64,000 nucleotides of DNA from Thecamonas trahens ATCC 50062 (GCF_000142905.1 NW_013657626.1:124001-188000); one strand, 5' to 3'; shown: positions 20,654 to 31,532, numbered from the stretch's first letter. Made by a program: numbers and translations. The notes: generated by a model from the letters alone, not told the origin.

Positions 20654-23600
20654 ATGACCTTGCTCCTTACTCTTGCACTCGCACTCGCACTCGCACTCGC
20701 TTCCTCCCACCCATTCGTCGGCGCCGCCTCGCCGGGCACCTACAACGGCAGGGTGTCTGTGACCTCTCCCGCCACTTTTGGCACCTTTGACGTTGATGTG
20801 TATCAGTCGTCGTCGACCAGTGGTGGCACGGTCGATGTCTCATGTCCGGATGGTCTGGCTGTCTTTGATTGCCTCGCTACCACCACCTCGGGCTCGCTAA
20901 CGCCCGATGGCAATGAGGCCTTTTTGGGTGCTTTCCATGCAGAGACGGTGGGTACTTGCAGGCTCGTCGCAACGTCGGCGACTCTCCAGTATGCGCTGGC
21001 GTATTGCTACAACGCTACCGAGCGTGGAACTGGCGCTACCATCTGGCGAAGCCACACAAGTCCTCAAACGACGGCTTCGTCGTGGTCTTGCCCGGCCGGC
21101 AGCCGCATTGTCGCCTGCCGCTGTTTCTCGTCGGGGGGCGACTGCCCTCCCCTTGCCTTGCAAAATGCGACGATTGTCGGAAACGGCTGCGTTCACGCTG
21201 CGCCGGGCGGTGTGGTGGCCCTTCCAATTTGCATTTCGGGCTCGGCGTGCCAGTTTGACGCCGCCCGGGCCGCATCGAGCTCACCGGCGTCGTGCCCGGC
21301 GAACTCGTTCTGCCTCCCAGACCCGTCGGCGTGGTACACTCACGCGACATGCGTGGCCAGCCCGGGGTATGTGGCAGTCGAGGATCCCATTGGAACGATC
21401 ACGTACCAGCCGGCGTACATGCCGATGGCACCCGGCGTCAGCGGCGCTGACGGCGCGGTCATCTCCTCGCGCGACCTTGTTGTGGCTGCCAGCCAGCGCG
21501 TCAAGGCCCATATCATTCAAGTCGCTGACCTCGACAACGACGGCGATGACGACATGATCTGGTGCAGGGACGACGGCGTAGGCATGCCCGAGGTGATGCG
21601 CAACATCGGGACCTCACCAGCCGGTGGCTCCGACATGGTGGCCGAGTTTGGCTCGGTGTACGGCACTGCCCCCGGCGATGGCATCGACCTCATCAAGTTT
21701 TACGACGGAAACCAGGATGGCTACCCGGACATGTACATTGCGGCTGCAGTCGACACGCCGTACATTTCTGTGGTGGCCTCACAGGTTCGCGACGGCGTCG
21801 GCGGCTACTTTGACTTTGACACTATCACTCCCGTCCACACGACAACGGACATGTCGGTCTACTCGCCTGCACGATTTAGCATGTTGTTGGTCACCGACTT
21901 TAACAACGACAATCTCGCCGACGCCGTTGCCTCAGGCCGCCACATTCCGGTTGTCCTGCTGTTTTCCGGGACAAGCACCTGGGGCATGAGCAGCCCTACC
22001 ATCATTTTTGACATGCGGGGCGTGGGCAGCAATGGCCTCGAGCAAGGCCTGGTTGTCGACCTCAACGCCGATGGCTGCCTCGACATTGTTGCTGCTACCC
22101 TTGCAAGTGGATATGGCGGAGGCATGTGGATGCGTGGACACTGCGGAAGCTTTGACAACGGAACAGCGCTACCGGGTGAAAACTACGGGAGCGGTATCTC
22201 TGTTGCCGATTTTAACGGCGACGGAGTACTCGACGTTGTCGGCGGCACTGTTGAGGTTCGGTTCGGGCGCGGCGCGGCCGCGAGTGGACTGGACGACATC
22301 ATACAAGCCGGACCACATTCCCGCTACAAGATCGAGGACGACAGTTGTCGCAACCTCGGCTCACTCGACTGGGACTCCGACGGCGATGTTGACATCATTT
22401 GCCTCGACCGTTCCGGGTCGCGGAACGCCATCTCGCTCTTCCTCAACAACGGTGATGGCACCTTTGCACCGAGCTACGCCCTGTTTCCGGGCTACCTCAC
22501 CGAGTCTTCCAGTTCCTTTTTCTACGCTCTTCGAATCTCGGTTGTCACAGGGCCTGGGCGCGCGCCTGTGGCTTTTGTTGACAACATTTACGGCGGCTCC
22601 AAGCCTGTTCTGATGCTGGTGCCGGCTGGCGCCCCGGCCGCCAGCCGGGGCATGACAAGTTACCCCGGGGCGCCGATAAGTCAGCCGCTGCTGAGCTCGA
22701 CCACGCTGCGGTTCATCGGACCAGCGGCAGTGGCCACGTCGACAGTTGCGGCCGACGTTGCTATTGCTGACTTTAACGGCGACGGCAACCAGGACGTGGC
22801 GATGCTTGGCCACCCGGGCTACTTGGCGCTGGCAGACAGCGCCGGCTCGGGCACTTTCTTCTCGCGCGGTACCGTTCCCCAGCAGTGGAGCGAATCCAAC
22901 TTTGGTGAGACGTGCGACATTGATGCCGACGGCGACGTTGACATTGTTGTTGCAGTTGAGACCGGCGGCGTCAAGCGTGTTGTCATCATGGTCAATGACC
23001 TCAACGGTCTCTCGGGAGAGTTCTCCAACGTGACACTTCCGAGCAAGTGCGACGCCATTTTCGCATGGTGCATCGATCTCGAGTCGGACGGCGACAACGA
23101 CGTGGTGTACGGTTGCGAGCCGCAGGGCTTTGGCGTTGTTGTCAACATCGGAAGCTCGGCTGCGCCGGTGTGGAGCGGGCCGGACATGCCGCTGCTGCAT
23201 GGCGACACGACCTTCAAGTACGCGGCTGTCGGGGATGTGACTCGCGACGGACTCGCTGACGTGGCCTACTCTGATCGCATGACGGGCTCAGAGCGGGTGG
23301 TGGTGATGGCCGGGACCGGGCCGCCGCTGTACAACTTTACCTCTGTCCACATTGCTATTGTCGCTCCGCAGGTCCCGACCTTTATCCGAATCGAGGACAT
23401 GGACATGGACGGACTCCTGGATGTGGTGTGGGTGGCATCCGGTGGCGGTGCCTCGGTCCAGACGATGCTTGCCACGCCGACAGCTGGGAGCTTCGGGCCG
23501 GTCATTTCGGCATCATCGTCGGTCAATTACTCTCCGTACGCCTTTGAAGTGACGACGGCCGGCGAGTACGGTTATGGAGGGCGGATGGTGGTCCACTCGA

Positions 23601-24841
23601 CGGGCGGTGTGGTCCGCACGCACTACCCGATTGTGGTGACGCCGTTTGCCAACGGCACCTTTGGCGTGCCGCGGATTGTCGACTCTGTCCCGAGCCACGG
23701 GCACATGCTAACGCTTGCAGATCTCGACGGTGACGGTGTGCGAGACTTGCTCTTCTTCAGGTCACAAAACACGCCAGTGCTTTGGACAAAGGTGCATACC
23801 ATCGCTCCACCACCGCCACCGCCGCCGCCACCGTCGCCGCCACCGCCGCCGTCGCCGCCACCACCGCCGCCGCCGCCCGAGGCTGCGCTCCCATCGCCGC
23901 CGCCTCCGCCCGCATTGGGCGAGACCAAGGATTCGGCGGCAAGCGTGCTCTCGTCCGACTCTGCGGCGTCCTCTCCGGGCATGGCCTTTGTGTATGCACT
24001 GGTCGTTCTTGTCATTGCCACCGTTATGTTCATGAGCACGACCCGGCGCCGGGCTGCGTCCAAATATCGCCGGACGCCGGACGAGTGGCTGGGGCTCGAT
24101 GTCGACCAGTTTCTGCTCCACAGCCACTCGCTCTTTGGCGCGTTTGTGGTGAGCGAGGCCGAGGCTGCGGTCTTCTCGCGACAGGGCCGTGCGCTGTGCG
24201 GGGCGTTCAAGTTGTTCATCGTGTACACGACGGTGGCCATCATGCCGTTCCTCAACCCAGAGGCGTTTGACTCTGACGCGAGCACGATCGACGTCAATCG
24301 AGTCTTGCAGATGCTCCTCGTCTCGCTCCTCTCGCATGGTGTGGCGTTTGTCTTTGGCCTGCCGTTCATCAAGAAGCTGCTCCAGTCGTCGTCGACGGCG
24401 GTGAGCAAGAGTGCAGCGCTGATCATTGGATGCATTTCGCTCTTTATCCTCGCCTGTGTCAACGCCATCATCACGATTGTCCCGATGTGGCTTGACGGGT
24501 TCGACGTCAACATGGGCGCCATGGCCACGCTCTACGGAATGTCGGTCTTTACATCGTTCATCGTGGTCGAGCCGGCGCTCGCGCTCCTCTTCTACTTTGC
24601 GTTCCATTGGAATGCCGTCCATGTGGCGTACGGTGGCAACGGAGGCGGAGTTGGCCGGAACAGTGCCGCCATCGAGCCGGCACACACCAAGCGTTCTCGT
24701 AGCCGCAGCCGCAGCAGCGGCCCGCACAGCGAGAGCGGTAGCGGGAGTGGCCCAAGTGCAGCAGCGGACGCCGATTCTGATGCCGTCTCGGCTCATTGCG
24801 ACAAATCGGGCGGCTCCGAGTCGGGCGTCGAGATGGCTTAG
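20654..24841 (+). CDS. Receptor-like protein: signal peptide, Cys-rich modules, FG-GAP/VCBS repeats, poly-Pro stalk, multi-pass TM region
   Basis: MTLLLTLALALALALASS signal peptide; many DxDxDGxxD motifs (DLDNDGDDD, DFNGDGVLD, DWDSDGDVD, DIDADGDVD, DLDGDGVRD); PPPP stalk at ~23808-23912; about five hydrophobic helices. Confidence 0.88.
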   Translation: MTLLLTLALALALALASSHPFVGAASPGTYNGRVSVTSPATFGTFDVDVYQSSSTSGGTVDVSCPDGLAVFDCLATTTSGSLTPDGNEAFLGAFHAETVGTCRLVATSATLQYALAYCYNATERGTGATIWRSHTSPQTTASSWSCPAGSRIVACRCFSSGGDCPPLALQNATIVGNGCVHAAPGGVVALPICISGSACQFDAARAASSSPASCPANSFCLPDPSAWYTHATCVASPGYVAVEDPIGTITYQPAYMPMAPGVSGADGAVISSRDLVVAASQRVKAHIIQVADLDNDGDDDMIWCRDDGVGMPEVMRNIGTSPAGGSDMVAEFGSVYGTAPGDGIDLIKFYDGNQDGYPDMYIAAAVDTPYISVVASQVRDGVGGYFDFDTITPVHTTTDMSVYSPARFSMLLVTDFNNDNLADAVASGRHIPVVLLFSGTSTWGMSSPTIIFDMRGVGSNGLEQGLVVDLNADGCLDIVAATLASGYGGGMWMRGHCGSFDNGTALPGENYGSGISVADFNGDGVLDVVGGTVEVRFGRGAAASGLDDIIQAGPHSRYKIEDDSCRNLGSLDWDSDGDVDIICLDRSGSRNAISLFLNNGDGTFAPSYALFPGYLTESSSSFFYALRISVVTGPGRAPVAFVDNIYGGSKPVLMLVPAGAPAASRGMTSYPGAPISQPLLSSTTLRFIGPAAVATSTVAADVAIADFNGDGNQDVAMLGHPGYLALADSAGSGTFFSRGTVPQQWSESNFGETCDIDADGDVDIVVAVETGGVKRVVIMVNDLNGLSGEFSNVTLPSKCDAIFAWCIDLESDGDNDVVYGCEPQGFGVVVNIGSSAAPVWSGPDMPLLHGDTTFKYAAVGDVTRDGLADVAYSDRMTGSERVVVMAGTGPPLYNFTSVHIAIVAPQVPTFIRIEDMDMDGLLDVVWVASGGGASVQTMLATPTAGSFGPVISASSSVNYSPYAFEVTTAGEYGYGGRMVVHSTGGVVRTHYPIVVTPFANGTFGVPRIVDSVPSHGHMLTLADLDGDGVRDLLFFRSQNTPVLWTKVHTIAPPPPPPPPPSPPPPPSPPPPPPPPEAALPSPPPPPALGETKDSAASVLSSDSAASSPGMAFVYALVVLVIATVMFMSTTRRRAASKYRRTPDEWLGLDVDQFLLHSHSLFGAFVVSEAEAAVFSRQGRALCGAFKLFIVYTTVAIMPFLNPEAFDSDASTIDVNRVLQMLLVSLLSHGVAFVFGLPFIKKLLQSSSTAVSKSAALIIGCISLFILACVNAIITIVPMWLDGFDVNMGAMATLYGMSVFTSFIVVEPALALLFYFAFHWNAVHVAYGGNGGGVGRNSAAIEPAHTKRSRSRSRSSGPHSESGSGSGPSAAADADSDAVSAHCDKSGGSESGVEMA

Positions 24842-25013
24842 GCGACCATAAACTGGCATTCTGCCATGTCGTCCCCCCCGCCGCCCCTCAATAACTAACA
24901 AGGTCAACATACGGAATCTACTCGTCGTCCCCCCTCCCCCCCCCCCCCCCCCCCCCCTCCCTCGTGTGTGTGTGTATCCGGCTACCACCGCTCTCTCCCG
25001 CACGTAATTCCTG

Positions 25014-26240
25014 ATGCAAACCACACTCGGCCTTCTCGGCGCGGCGTTGATTGGACTACCGCGACTGGCTGCCTCGCACTCGACAAACATCGCGCGGGCT
25101 CTGGACGAGGCCGGAGCCATCTGCTCGCTAGCGGCATGCATGATGGCGGTGGTAACAGCAGCTGTGAGCCGGCGACCCCTGACACGACTGAGGCGACGAG
25201 CAGAGCTGCCGCGCCACGCCGCCATCGACGGCCAAGACGAGGACAGGCGAAGCAGAGGCGAAGTGCTAATCGACGGAGTACCCGAGTGGAATGGGTGGCT
25301 GACGCTGCTGCTAGCCGCTGCCGGGGTCATGGCCACCGGCGAGGCGGCGGCCCGGATCGATGGCGCCAGTCTTGCCTGCGCAGCCGCTGTGTGCGTGGCG
25401 ACCCTCGCTGCGCCTCCGCCGCATCAGACAACCGCGCCTGCGCTGTTTGCCTCACCAGCACGGACTGTCCGCTTTACTGTGAGCTTGCTGCTGTGGCAGG
25501 CGTACTTGGTGGGCTCCGCCGCCGAGGCCGAGAGCACCGGCAGCAGCAGCCTCGACCAGCTTGTAGCCGCCCTCGACTGGCTCGTCCCACTGGGTGCGGC
25601 GGCGAGTGCGCCGCTGCTGGGCATGCTCCCGCCGCCGCGTCGCACTGGGCTTGCCGGCGGCGGGCCTCAACAGGTCCGCGGCCTGTCGCTCGGGCAGGCG
25701 GTGGCCGCTGTGTTCTGGGCTGGCCTCCTCTATCAAAGCTACGCGCTCGTGGTCGCCTCACCGGCACTGGACGCCATGCAGGCCTCGGTGAAGGCGCGGT
25801 GGGTGGCGAGCGGACTGATGATTGGCGTGAGTACAGCCATCGCGCTGGTGACGGTCATGCTGTCGGGCTCGGCAACCGCAATGGCGGCAGTGGTCGGGTA
25901 CGCCGCCGCCGCCGCAGGGCTGGCGTGCGTGGGTACACTCATCGCGCCGACGGCGGCGGCAGTGCCGGCACACTCGCCGCTCACCAGTAGGTATATTGGA
26001 GCATGCATGGCGGCGGCGGCAGTAGCGATGGTGCTGTTTACAGTTTCCGTCTCACGGGCCCGGGCGGCGGCGATCGCGGTGTGTGCGGCAGTGTGCGGCA
26101 CGGCGTGGCTGGCTGGAGTGTCCGGGCCGGCGGCCGGCCTTCCGGCGACGGCCAGTGTCTTGATGTTTGTGCCGACGCTGCCGCGCAATGTGGTATGGAT
26201 GGTGCGGCGAGGGGGCAAGGCACAAGGCGCTACGACGTGA
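25014..26240 (+). CDS. Multi-pass membrane protein, possibly MFS-like; start uncertain
   Basis: 408-aa ORF with ~10 Ala/Val/Leu-rich hydrophobic segments. It fills the space between neighbouring genes and overlaps the convergent gene by 11 nt. Confidence 0.5.
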   Translation: MQTTLGLLGAALIGLPRLAASHSTNIARALDEAGAICSLAACMMAVVTAAVSRRPLTRLRRRAELPRHAAIDGQDEDRRSRGEVLIDGVPEWNGWLTLLLAAAGVMATGEAAARIDGASLACAAAVCVATLAAPPPHQTTAPALFASPARTVRFTVSLLLWQAYLVGSAAEAESTGSSSLDQLVAALDWLVPLGAAASAPLLGMLPPPRRTGLAGGGPQQVRGLSLGQAVAAVFWAGLLYQSYALVVASPALDAMQASVKARWVASGLMIGVSTAIALVTVMLSGSATAMAAVVGYAAAAAGLACVGTLIAPTAAAVPAHSPLTSRYIGACMAAAAVAMVLFTVSVSRARAAAIAVCAAVCGTAWLAGVSGPAAGLPATASVLMFVPTLPRNVVWMVRRGGKAQGATT

Positions 26241-29200
26241 GCCAGGCGATGTGCTTGGCAGCGTACTTGTCGAGGCGGATGAGTCGCTTGAGGAGACCTT
26301 CGACGCTGAGCGCGTGCTGGGTCGGCGGGCGGGAGGCGAGCGAGAGCCGGGCTGAGAGCTTGGCGCACACCGAGTCAAGCGCTGAGGTTCCAGCGTCGTG
26401 GCCCCAGGCGGACCCGAGCCGGATGCCGAGGCTGTCGGAGACCTCGAGCCAGGCGTAGCGGCCAAAGGCGGCGAGGCCACCTGTGGCGCAGGCAGCGGCG
26501 GCGGCGTCGACACGGGCACGGAGCGCGACGCGATCGACAGGGCGCGAACAGGCACCCACCGCTATGGCACTTCCAGCGACGGCAGCGAGGTCGGTGACGG
26601 CGGCGACAACGACGTCGGCGTCAAAGGCGGTGTCGGCGGCGAGGCCTGGTTCTTCGGTGGCGAGTGCGGCTGCGGCGTCGGCGACGGCGTCGACGGCGTC
26701 GCCGACCAGCTCCGAGAGGTGGAGGCTGAGGCGGGCGGCGAGGGCCGGGTCTTGGACGGCAATGGCACCAAGGGCGACAAAGGATAGGCCGCGAGCCAGC
26801 GAGCTGTCGATTTTGGTCCGCCCCACAGCGTGGAGCCACGGGCGCGAGCGGGCACTGCTGCCGGCGTCAGCGGCTTGGGCGACAGCCGAGGCGAGGGCGG
26901 CGACGTGGGCGACGCCAAAGGCGCGGACAAGGTCGGCCCAGCCCCAATTGCCGAGCCAGACTGCTGCCTCGAGCAGGCCACGACCGTTAGCAGCGGCAAG
27001 TACCTTGACAACGGCACGGACCTCGCGCCAGGCGCACGAGGCGTCATCCGAGTCTGCCAGCGCGGCGCGGGCGCGGGCCTGGATGCGTGGCAGGCTCGCC
27101 GAGGCAACGCGGAGACGCCACTCGGAGCCACGGCCTGCAGCGAGACCAAGGCGAACGACAGCGCCGATGGACAAGAGGTCGAGGCGGTCCTCGACGAGCG
27201 AGACAGCAATCTTACTCAGTTCGGCCAAGCGCTTTGCGCGCTTGGCGGCGCGACTTGAGCCCTCGTCGGCAGAGTCGGACGGGGCAGCGAGAGCCCAAGC
27301 GACGAGGGCGACGACGTGCTCGAGGGCGACGCGGAGGCCGGATCGGGCCGCGTCGTTCCCGACAAGGCCGGATGAGTCTTCCCAGCCGGGCCACTCCTTG
27401 CAAAACTTGAGGATGGCGGCGAGTAGGTCGAGCGAGACAGGGTATGAGCGACCGAGGACGTGCAATGCGTAGGCAGTCGCGGTGGCGAGGATCTTACCGT
27501 AGAGCTCGATGTCGACAGGGACGGAGAAGAGGCGGCGGGCGACGTCGATGACGGGCTGCTCGAGTGAGACTGGGAGGCCGCGACGGGCGCCTTCGCGGAG
27601 AACGGTGGCGAGGGTGTAGAACATGACCTCGCGCGAGAGGGCGTCGGGCCCGGACCGGCTGGCCTGCGACGAGAAGAGGATGACGTAGTAGCCGGCGTCT
27701 GCAAAGGTGACAAGGGCCTGCTCGAGGTAAAAGTAAGCGTAGGCGACGAGGCGCGGGCCGGAGCAGACGACTCCCTGAGCGATCATGCCAGCCATAAAGG
27801 CAAACTGCTCGTAGAGGAGCTGGACCGAGACGGCCGGCATGGTGCGGAGGACGGTGAGGGCAACGAGGGCGGCGAGTTCCATGACGGCAGCACCAGCGTG
27901 TTCGACGCCGCGAAAGACGAGGCGGAGGGCAAGGACAAGGTCGCCATAGCCTGCGCCGTCGTCTGCCGAGGCGTACTTGAAGAGGGTGACCAGGAGGAGC
28001 TTGACAACGCCGGCGGTGACGACGGAGGATACGCGGGCGCGGCCGGGAGCAAAGACGCGATCGGCAACAGCATAGACAAGGCCGCAAAACTGGCGGCCTA
28101 CCTCGAGGTTGACGTCGAGCAGGTGCATGAGCCGCTCGACCATGACGACAAGGTACTCGGAGCCGGTCTCGGTGTCACGGGAAGCGAGCGGTGATGCGAC
28201 GAGGGCATAGAGCTTGAGGCGGGTGCCGTCATCCATGGGCACCTGGGCGGCGGCCATTTCGAAGGCGGCCTCGATGAGGAGAGACTTGTGGGCGAGGACG
28301 GCGGCGCGCTCGGGACCTTCGAGGTTGATGAGCGGGGTGGAGAGGCCCTGGAGGACGGTGACCCAAGGCAGGATCTGGTACGAGCCAAAGTCGCGGCGAA
28401 AGCGGACGAGCTGACCGAGAAGGCGGGTCTGAATCCAGACGTTGGACTCGTTATAGAGAGCGGTGAGGCAGGAGAGGGCGCGGACGCGCTGGTCGTGGTC
28501 GAGGCTGGAGAGCTCAAGATAGGCTTTCGTCCGGACCTGGACAAACGGATCGAGCTCGGCGTCAAGCAGGCGTGAGAAGGCGGCGCCAAAGGCGGCGAGC
28601 GCCTCTGTCCCGAGCTTGAGCTTGGAGAAGAGGCCAAAGGCCTTTTCGACGGCGTCGTAGCGCATGAACCACTGCGGCGCGGAAAAGGCCGACTCGAGCA
28701 GCTCGTCAAAGCGCAGCGGCTCAAAGGCGATAAGGGTTTGCAGGAGGGCGTAAGTGTAGGCGGAGACCGAGTCGTACTTGACGTCGAGCAGACGCCAGAG
28801 TGCCGGAAGCAGGGTGGCCTGCAGGAGGCCGACGAGCTCGTCCTTGTTGGACACGTAGTTGGGCTCGATGAGAATGGCGTGCATGGTCTCAACGCCTGCG
28901 CCGGCAAGACCACACGACCCGGAGGTCTGCAGCAGCATGTAAAGCCAGTGGATGAGCGGCGCACCGGCTTCGAGGCGGACCATCTCCAGCGGGGCGCGGG
29001 CGACAAAGCCGGCGCGGCGCTGCGAGCGGATCTTGGCGCCGAGCGTGTAGCGGACGAGGGTGGAGAAGACGGTGACAAAGCGGACACCGACGCGCGAAGC
29101 GAGCTCGGTGCCAGTGAGGCTGAGGTCCATGGCGAGCTCGAGAGCCGGCTCGAGCTCGCGGTAGGTAAACTGGGCGCCGAGGTCGACTTGAGCAAGAAGG

Positions 29201-31455
29201 AGGTCGGCGCACTCGACAAGTTCGGCGAGCGAGCGACGCTTGCGCGCGCGCTCGCAAGCGAGATGCTCGAGGCCCGAGAGAAAGACGCGGACCGAGAGGA
29301 GGACGCCTGCGGAAGAGAGCAGGGCGAGCCACGAGAGGGCGCGCGGTGGGTTGTCGACGAGCGTCGACGAGACGAGGACCACCATCGACGACGACTCGTG
29401 GTCGGCGGCAAACATGGGCGAGGTGCCCCCGGCGCGGAGGGCGACGATGCGATGAAAGGCCTTGAAGACCGCAACGAGTGCGCCGGACCAGGCCGGGTGG
29501 AGCGGACGGGCGGCGAGGACGTCGAGCCAGCCCGGAAGAGCCTCTTCGAGGAGCACGTGCATGACAACGGGCGATGCGAGGTTGACAAGGGCGGCCATGC
29601 GCGCAAGGGCGCCAGCAATAAGGGTCGGGTTGGGGGCGTCTGCGCCGGCGGCGGCCCACTCGCCGGGCTGCAGTGCCTCGACGAGGATGCGGAGGCCGAC
29701 ACGGGTACCCGCAGTCGTGGCGAGTTCTGCGACGTGCTCGATCCAGGGAAGGATGTACGACGACTCGAGCTGGCGGCGTGCGTGCTGTGCTTCGTCCGAG
29801 GCAGCTGCGGCGGCCGAGTTGCCGTTGTCAAACCAGGCAAGCATGCCGTCGACAAGCTCGCGGAGGGTCCAGGGCGCCGAGGCGGCGAGCTCGTTGGGCA
29901 CGCACCAGCGGGTGAGGAGGACCATTCCGGCCTCGTTGGCTTCAAACGAGGCGGCACCGAGGAGGGCGGCCACACCGGCGCGGAGAACGGCCGACTCGAG
30001 CGAGGCCTCAAAAGGCGGCGGGAGGGTGACGCCGCGGGCCGAGGTGAGCGGGCGGGCGTCGGCGGCACCAAACTCGGGCGGGTAAAAGTGGAAGATGAGG
30101 TTGGCGGCCATGTTGAGCAGCTCCGAGTCTGGCGGGAGCGAGGCAATGATGTGCAGCAGATGGAGATGGAGAGCCGGCTGGCGGGCCTCAACCATGTGGA
30201 CCAGTGACGAGAGGCGCTGCGCCGAGCCGCCCGACGGACCGAGCGCTGCACGAGCCTCGAGCACAAAGACCAAAAGGGCCGAGGCAAAGCCGAGGTCCGA
30301 GCCAAAGCGATAGGCGGCGGCGTCGGGAGTGTACATACCAAAGACGGCCGCGCCGGCGACGGCGGTGACTTCGACAGCGGGCGAGTCCGAACCGGAGCAC
30401 GAGTCTACACCATCGCGCGACGACGACAACGACGACGATGGCGACGCCAACGAGCTGTCATAGGTGTAGGTGTAGCTGCCCGAGGCTGAGGTCTCAGTGA
30501 CCGATGGAGTGCCCGGGCGAGCGGTGGAGGGGCGCGAGGCCTTGCGCTTGCGCCTGCGCCTGCGCTTGAGCGCGACCTTCCGCGAGTTGGCAGGCGAGTC
30601 GGCAAAGATCGACGGCGACGGCGGCGAGGATGGCGAGGAGGCGGTAGAGCGGCGCTCACGCTCAGCCCTTTGATGCTCCTTGAGGCTCTCAAGGGCAGGT
30701 GAGGTGGCAAACTGCTCGACGCCGCGGCGCCACTTGCGCATGGGCGGCGTGGCCGGCTGCGGGAAGAGCTGCATGTCGTCTGGCGATGCGTCGCTGCCAT
30801 CGCGCGGCGAGGGGCGAGGAGAGCGCTTGACTCTGCTTGATAGCAGTGGGGTGGTGCCAGAGGTGTGTGGAGCGGTCCGGGCAGTGGTGGAAGCGACGGC
30901 GACTGAGGTGAGGATGCCGTCGGCAAAGGCGGCGACGATGCGATCGAGCGGCGAGACGGTGGCGCGGCGGGAACGGGCGAGCTTGGCGTCCGAGTCGCGA
31001 CCGTGGCGCCTATCGGCATCACCAGCGGCGTCTGTTTGTGGGGACTGCTGCGGATCGTGCGGCGCAGGAGTCGCCGCCGATGACGATGCCCACGACAGCG
31101 TGTCGAGGGCAGCCAAGAGGGCCAGGGCGATCTGGTCGAGAAGGAAGTTGCGGCGGGAGAGCTCCAGGTGCGGGAGGGCGGAGAAGAGGTGCGGGAGGAG
31201 ATCGACGACAGCTTCCACCAGATCAGCCGCCGCCGCCGCCGCTGATGACCGAGCGCCATTGCCTACAGGCAGTATGCAGAGGGTATGGGCCACAGCCGCC
31301 GCCACAGCCTCCACACAGGCCGGAGAGAGGGTCGAACCGTCAGCTGCTGCCACTGCGGCCGCCAGGGCCACCGCCGTCTTACGTCGACGAGCCATCGACA
31401 TGCCGTCGGAAGAGAGCAGGCTCTCCGAGAGGGATGTCACCCGCTGTTCGGCCAT
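26230..31455 (-). CDS. UNC79: UNC79-like HEAT/ARM solenoid protein
   Basis: 1741-aa ORF whose ATG follows a (CA)n tract. Blocks LHLLHIIASL...AANLIFHFYP, LWRLLDVKYDSVS, QWFMRYDAVEKAFGLF and AFSRLLDAELDPFVQVRTKAYLEL...ILPW resemble recalled UNC79 motifs (MLFHYWP, WxxRFEAVEKV, AFCCFLTAVEDVNPAVATRA). Confidence 0.62.
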   Translation of the reverse strand: MAEQRVTSLSESLLSSDGMSMARRRKTAVALAAAVAAADGSTLSPACVEAVAAAVAHTLCILPVGNGARSSAAAAAADLVEAVVDLLPHLFSALPHLELSRRNFLLDQIALALLAALDTLSWASSSAATPAPHDPQQSPQTDAAGDADRRHGRDSDAKLARSRRATVSPLDRIVAAFADGILTSVAVASTTARTAPHTSGTTPLLSSRVKRSPRPSPRDGSDASPDDMQLFPQPATPPMRKWRRGVEQFATSPALESLKEHQRAERERRSTASSPSSPPSPSIFADSPANSRKVALKRRRRRKRKASRPSTARPGTPSVTETSASGSYTYTYDSSLASPSSSLSSSRDGVDSCSGSDSPAVEVTAVAGAAVFGMYTPDAAAYRFGSDLGFASALLVFVLEARAALGPSGGSAQRLSSLVHMVEARQPALHLHLLHIIASLPPDSELLNMAANLIFHFYPPEFGAADARPLTSARGVTLPPPFEASLESAVLRAGVAALLGAASFEANEAGMVLLTRWCVPNELAASAPWTLRELVDGMLAWFDNGNSAAAAASDEAQHARRQLESSYILPWIEHVAELATTAGTRVGLRILVEALQPGEWAAAGADAPNPTLIAGALARMAALVNLASPVVMHVLLEEALPGWLDVLAARPLHPAWSGALVAVFKAFHRIVALRAGGTSPMFAADHESSSMVVLVSSTLVDNPPRALSWLALLSSAGVLLSVRVFLSGLEHLACERARKRRSLAELVECADLLLAQVDLGAQFTYRELEPALELAMDLSLTGTELASRVGVRFVTVFSTLVRYTLGAKIRSQRRAGFVARAPLEMVRLEAGAPLIHWLYMLLQTSGSCGLAGAGVETMHAILIEPNYVSNKDELVGLLQATLLPALWRLLDVKYDSVSAYTYALLQTLIAFEPLRFDELLESAFSAPQWFMRYDAVEKAFGLFSKLKLGTEALAAFGAAFSRLLDAELDPFVQVRTKAYLELSSLDHDQRVRALSCLTALYNESNVWIQTRLLGQLVRFRRDFGSYQILPWVTVLQGLSTPLINLEGPERAAVLAHKSLLIEAAFEMAAAQVPMDDGTRLKLYALVASPLASRDTETGSEYLVVMVERLMHLLDVNLEVGRQFCGLVYAVADRVFAPGRARVSSVVTAGVVKLLLVTLFKYASADDGAGYGDLVLALRLVFRGVEHAGAAVMELAALVALTVLRTMPAVSVQLLYEQFAFMAGMIAQGVVCSGPRLVAYAYFYLEQALVTFADAGYYVILFSSQASRSGPDALSREVMFYTLATVLREGARRGLPVSLEQPVIDVARRLFSVPVDIELYGKILATATAYALHVLGRSYPVSLDLLAAILKFCKEWPGWEDSSGLVGNDAARSGLRVALEHVVALVAWALAAPSDSADEGSSRAAKRAKRLAELSKIAVSLVEDRLDLLSIGAVVRLGLAAGRGSEWRLRVASASLPRIQARARAALADSDDASCAWREVRAVVKVLAAANGRGLLEAAVWLGNWGWADLVRAFGVAHVAALASAVAQAADAGSSARSRPWLHAVGRTKIDSSLARGLSFVALGAIAVQDPALAARLSLHLSELVGDAVDAVADAAAALATEEPGLAADTAFDADVVVAAVTDLAAVAGSAIAVGACSRPVDRVALRARVDAAAAACATGGLAAFGRYAWLEVSDSLGIRLGSAWGHDAGTSALDSVCAKLSARLSLASRPPTQHALSVEGLLKRLIRLDKYAAKHIAWLTS

Positions 31456-31456
31456 A

Positions 31457-31470
31457 GTGTGTGTGTGTGT

Positions 31471-31528
<58 letters not shown>
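31457..31528. repeat. (GT/CA)n microsatellite immediately upstream of the UNC79-like ATG
   Basis: About 36 GT units with one AT interruption. Confidence 0.97.
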
Positions 31529-31532
<4 letters not shown>

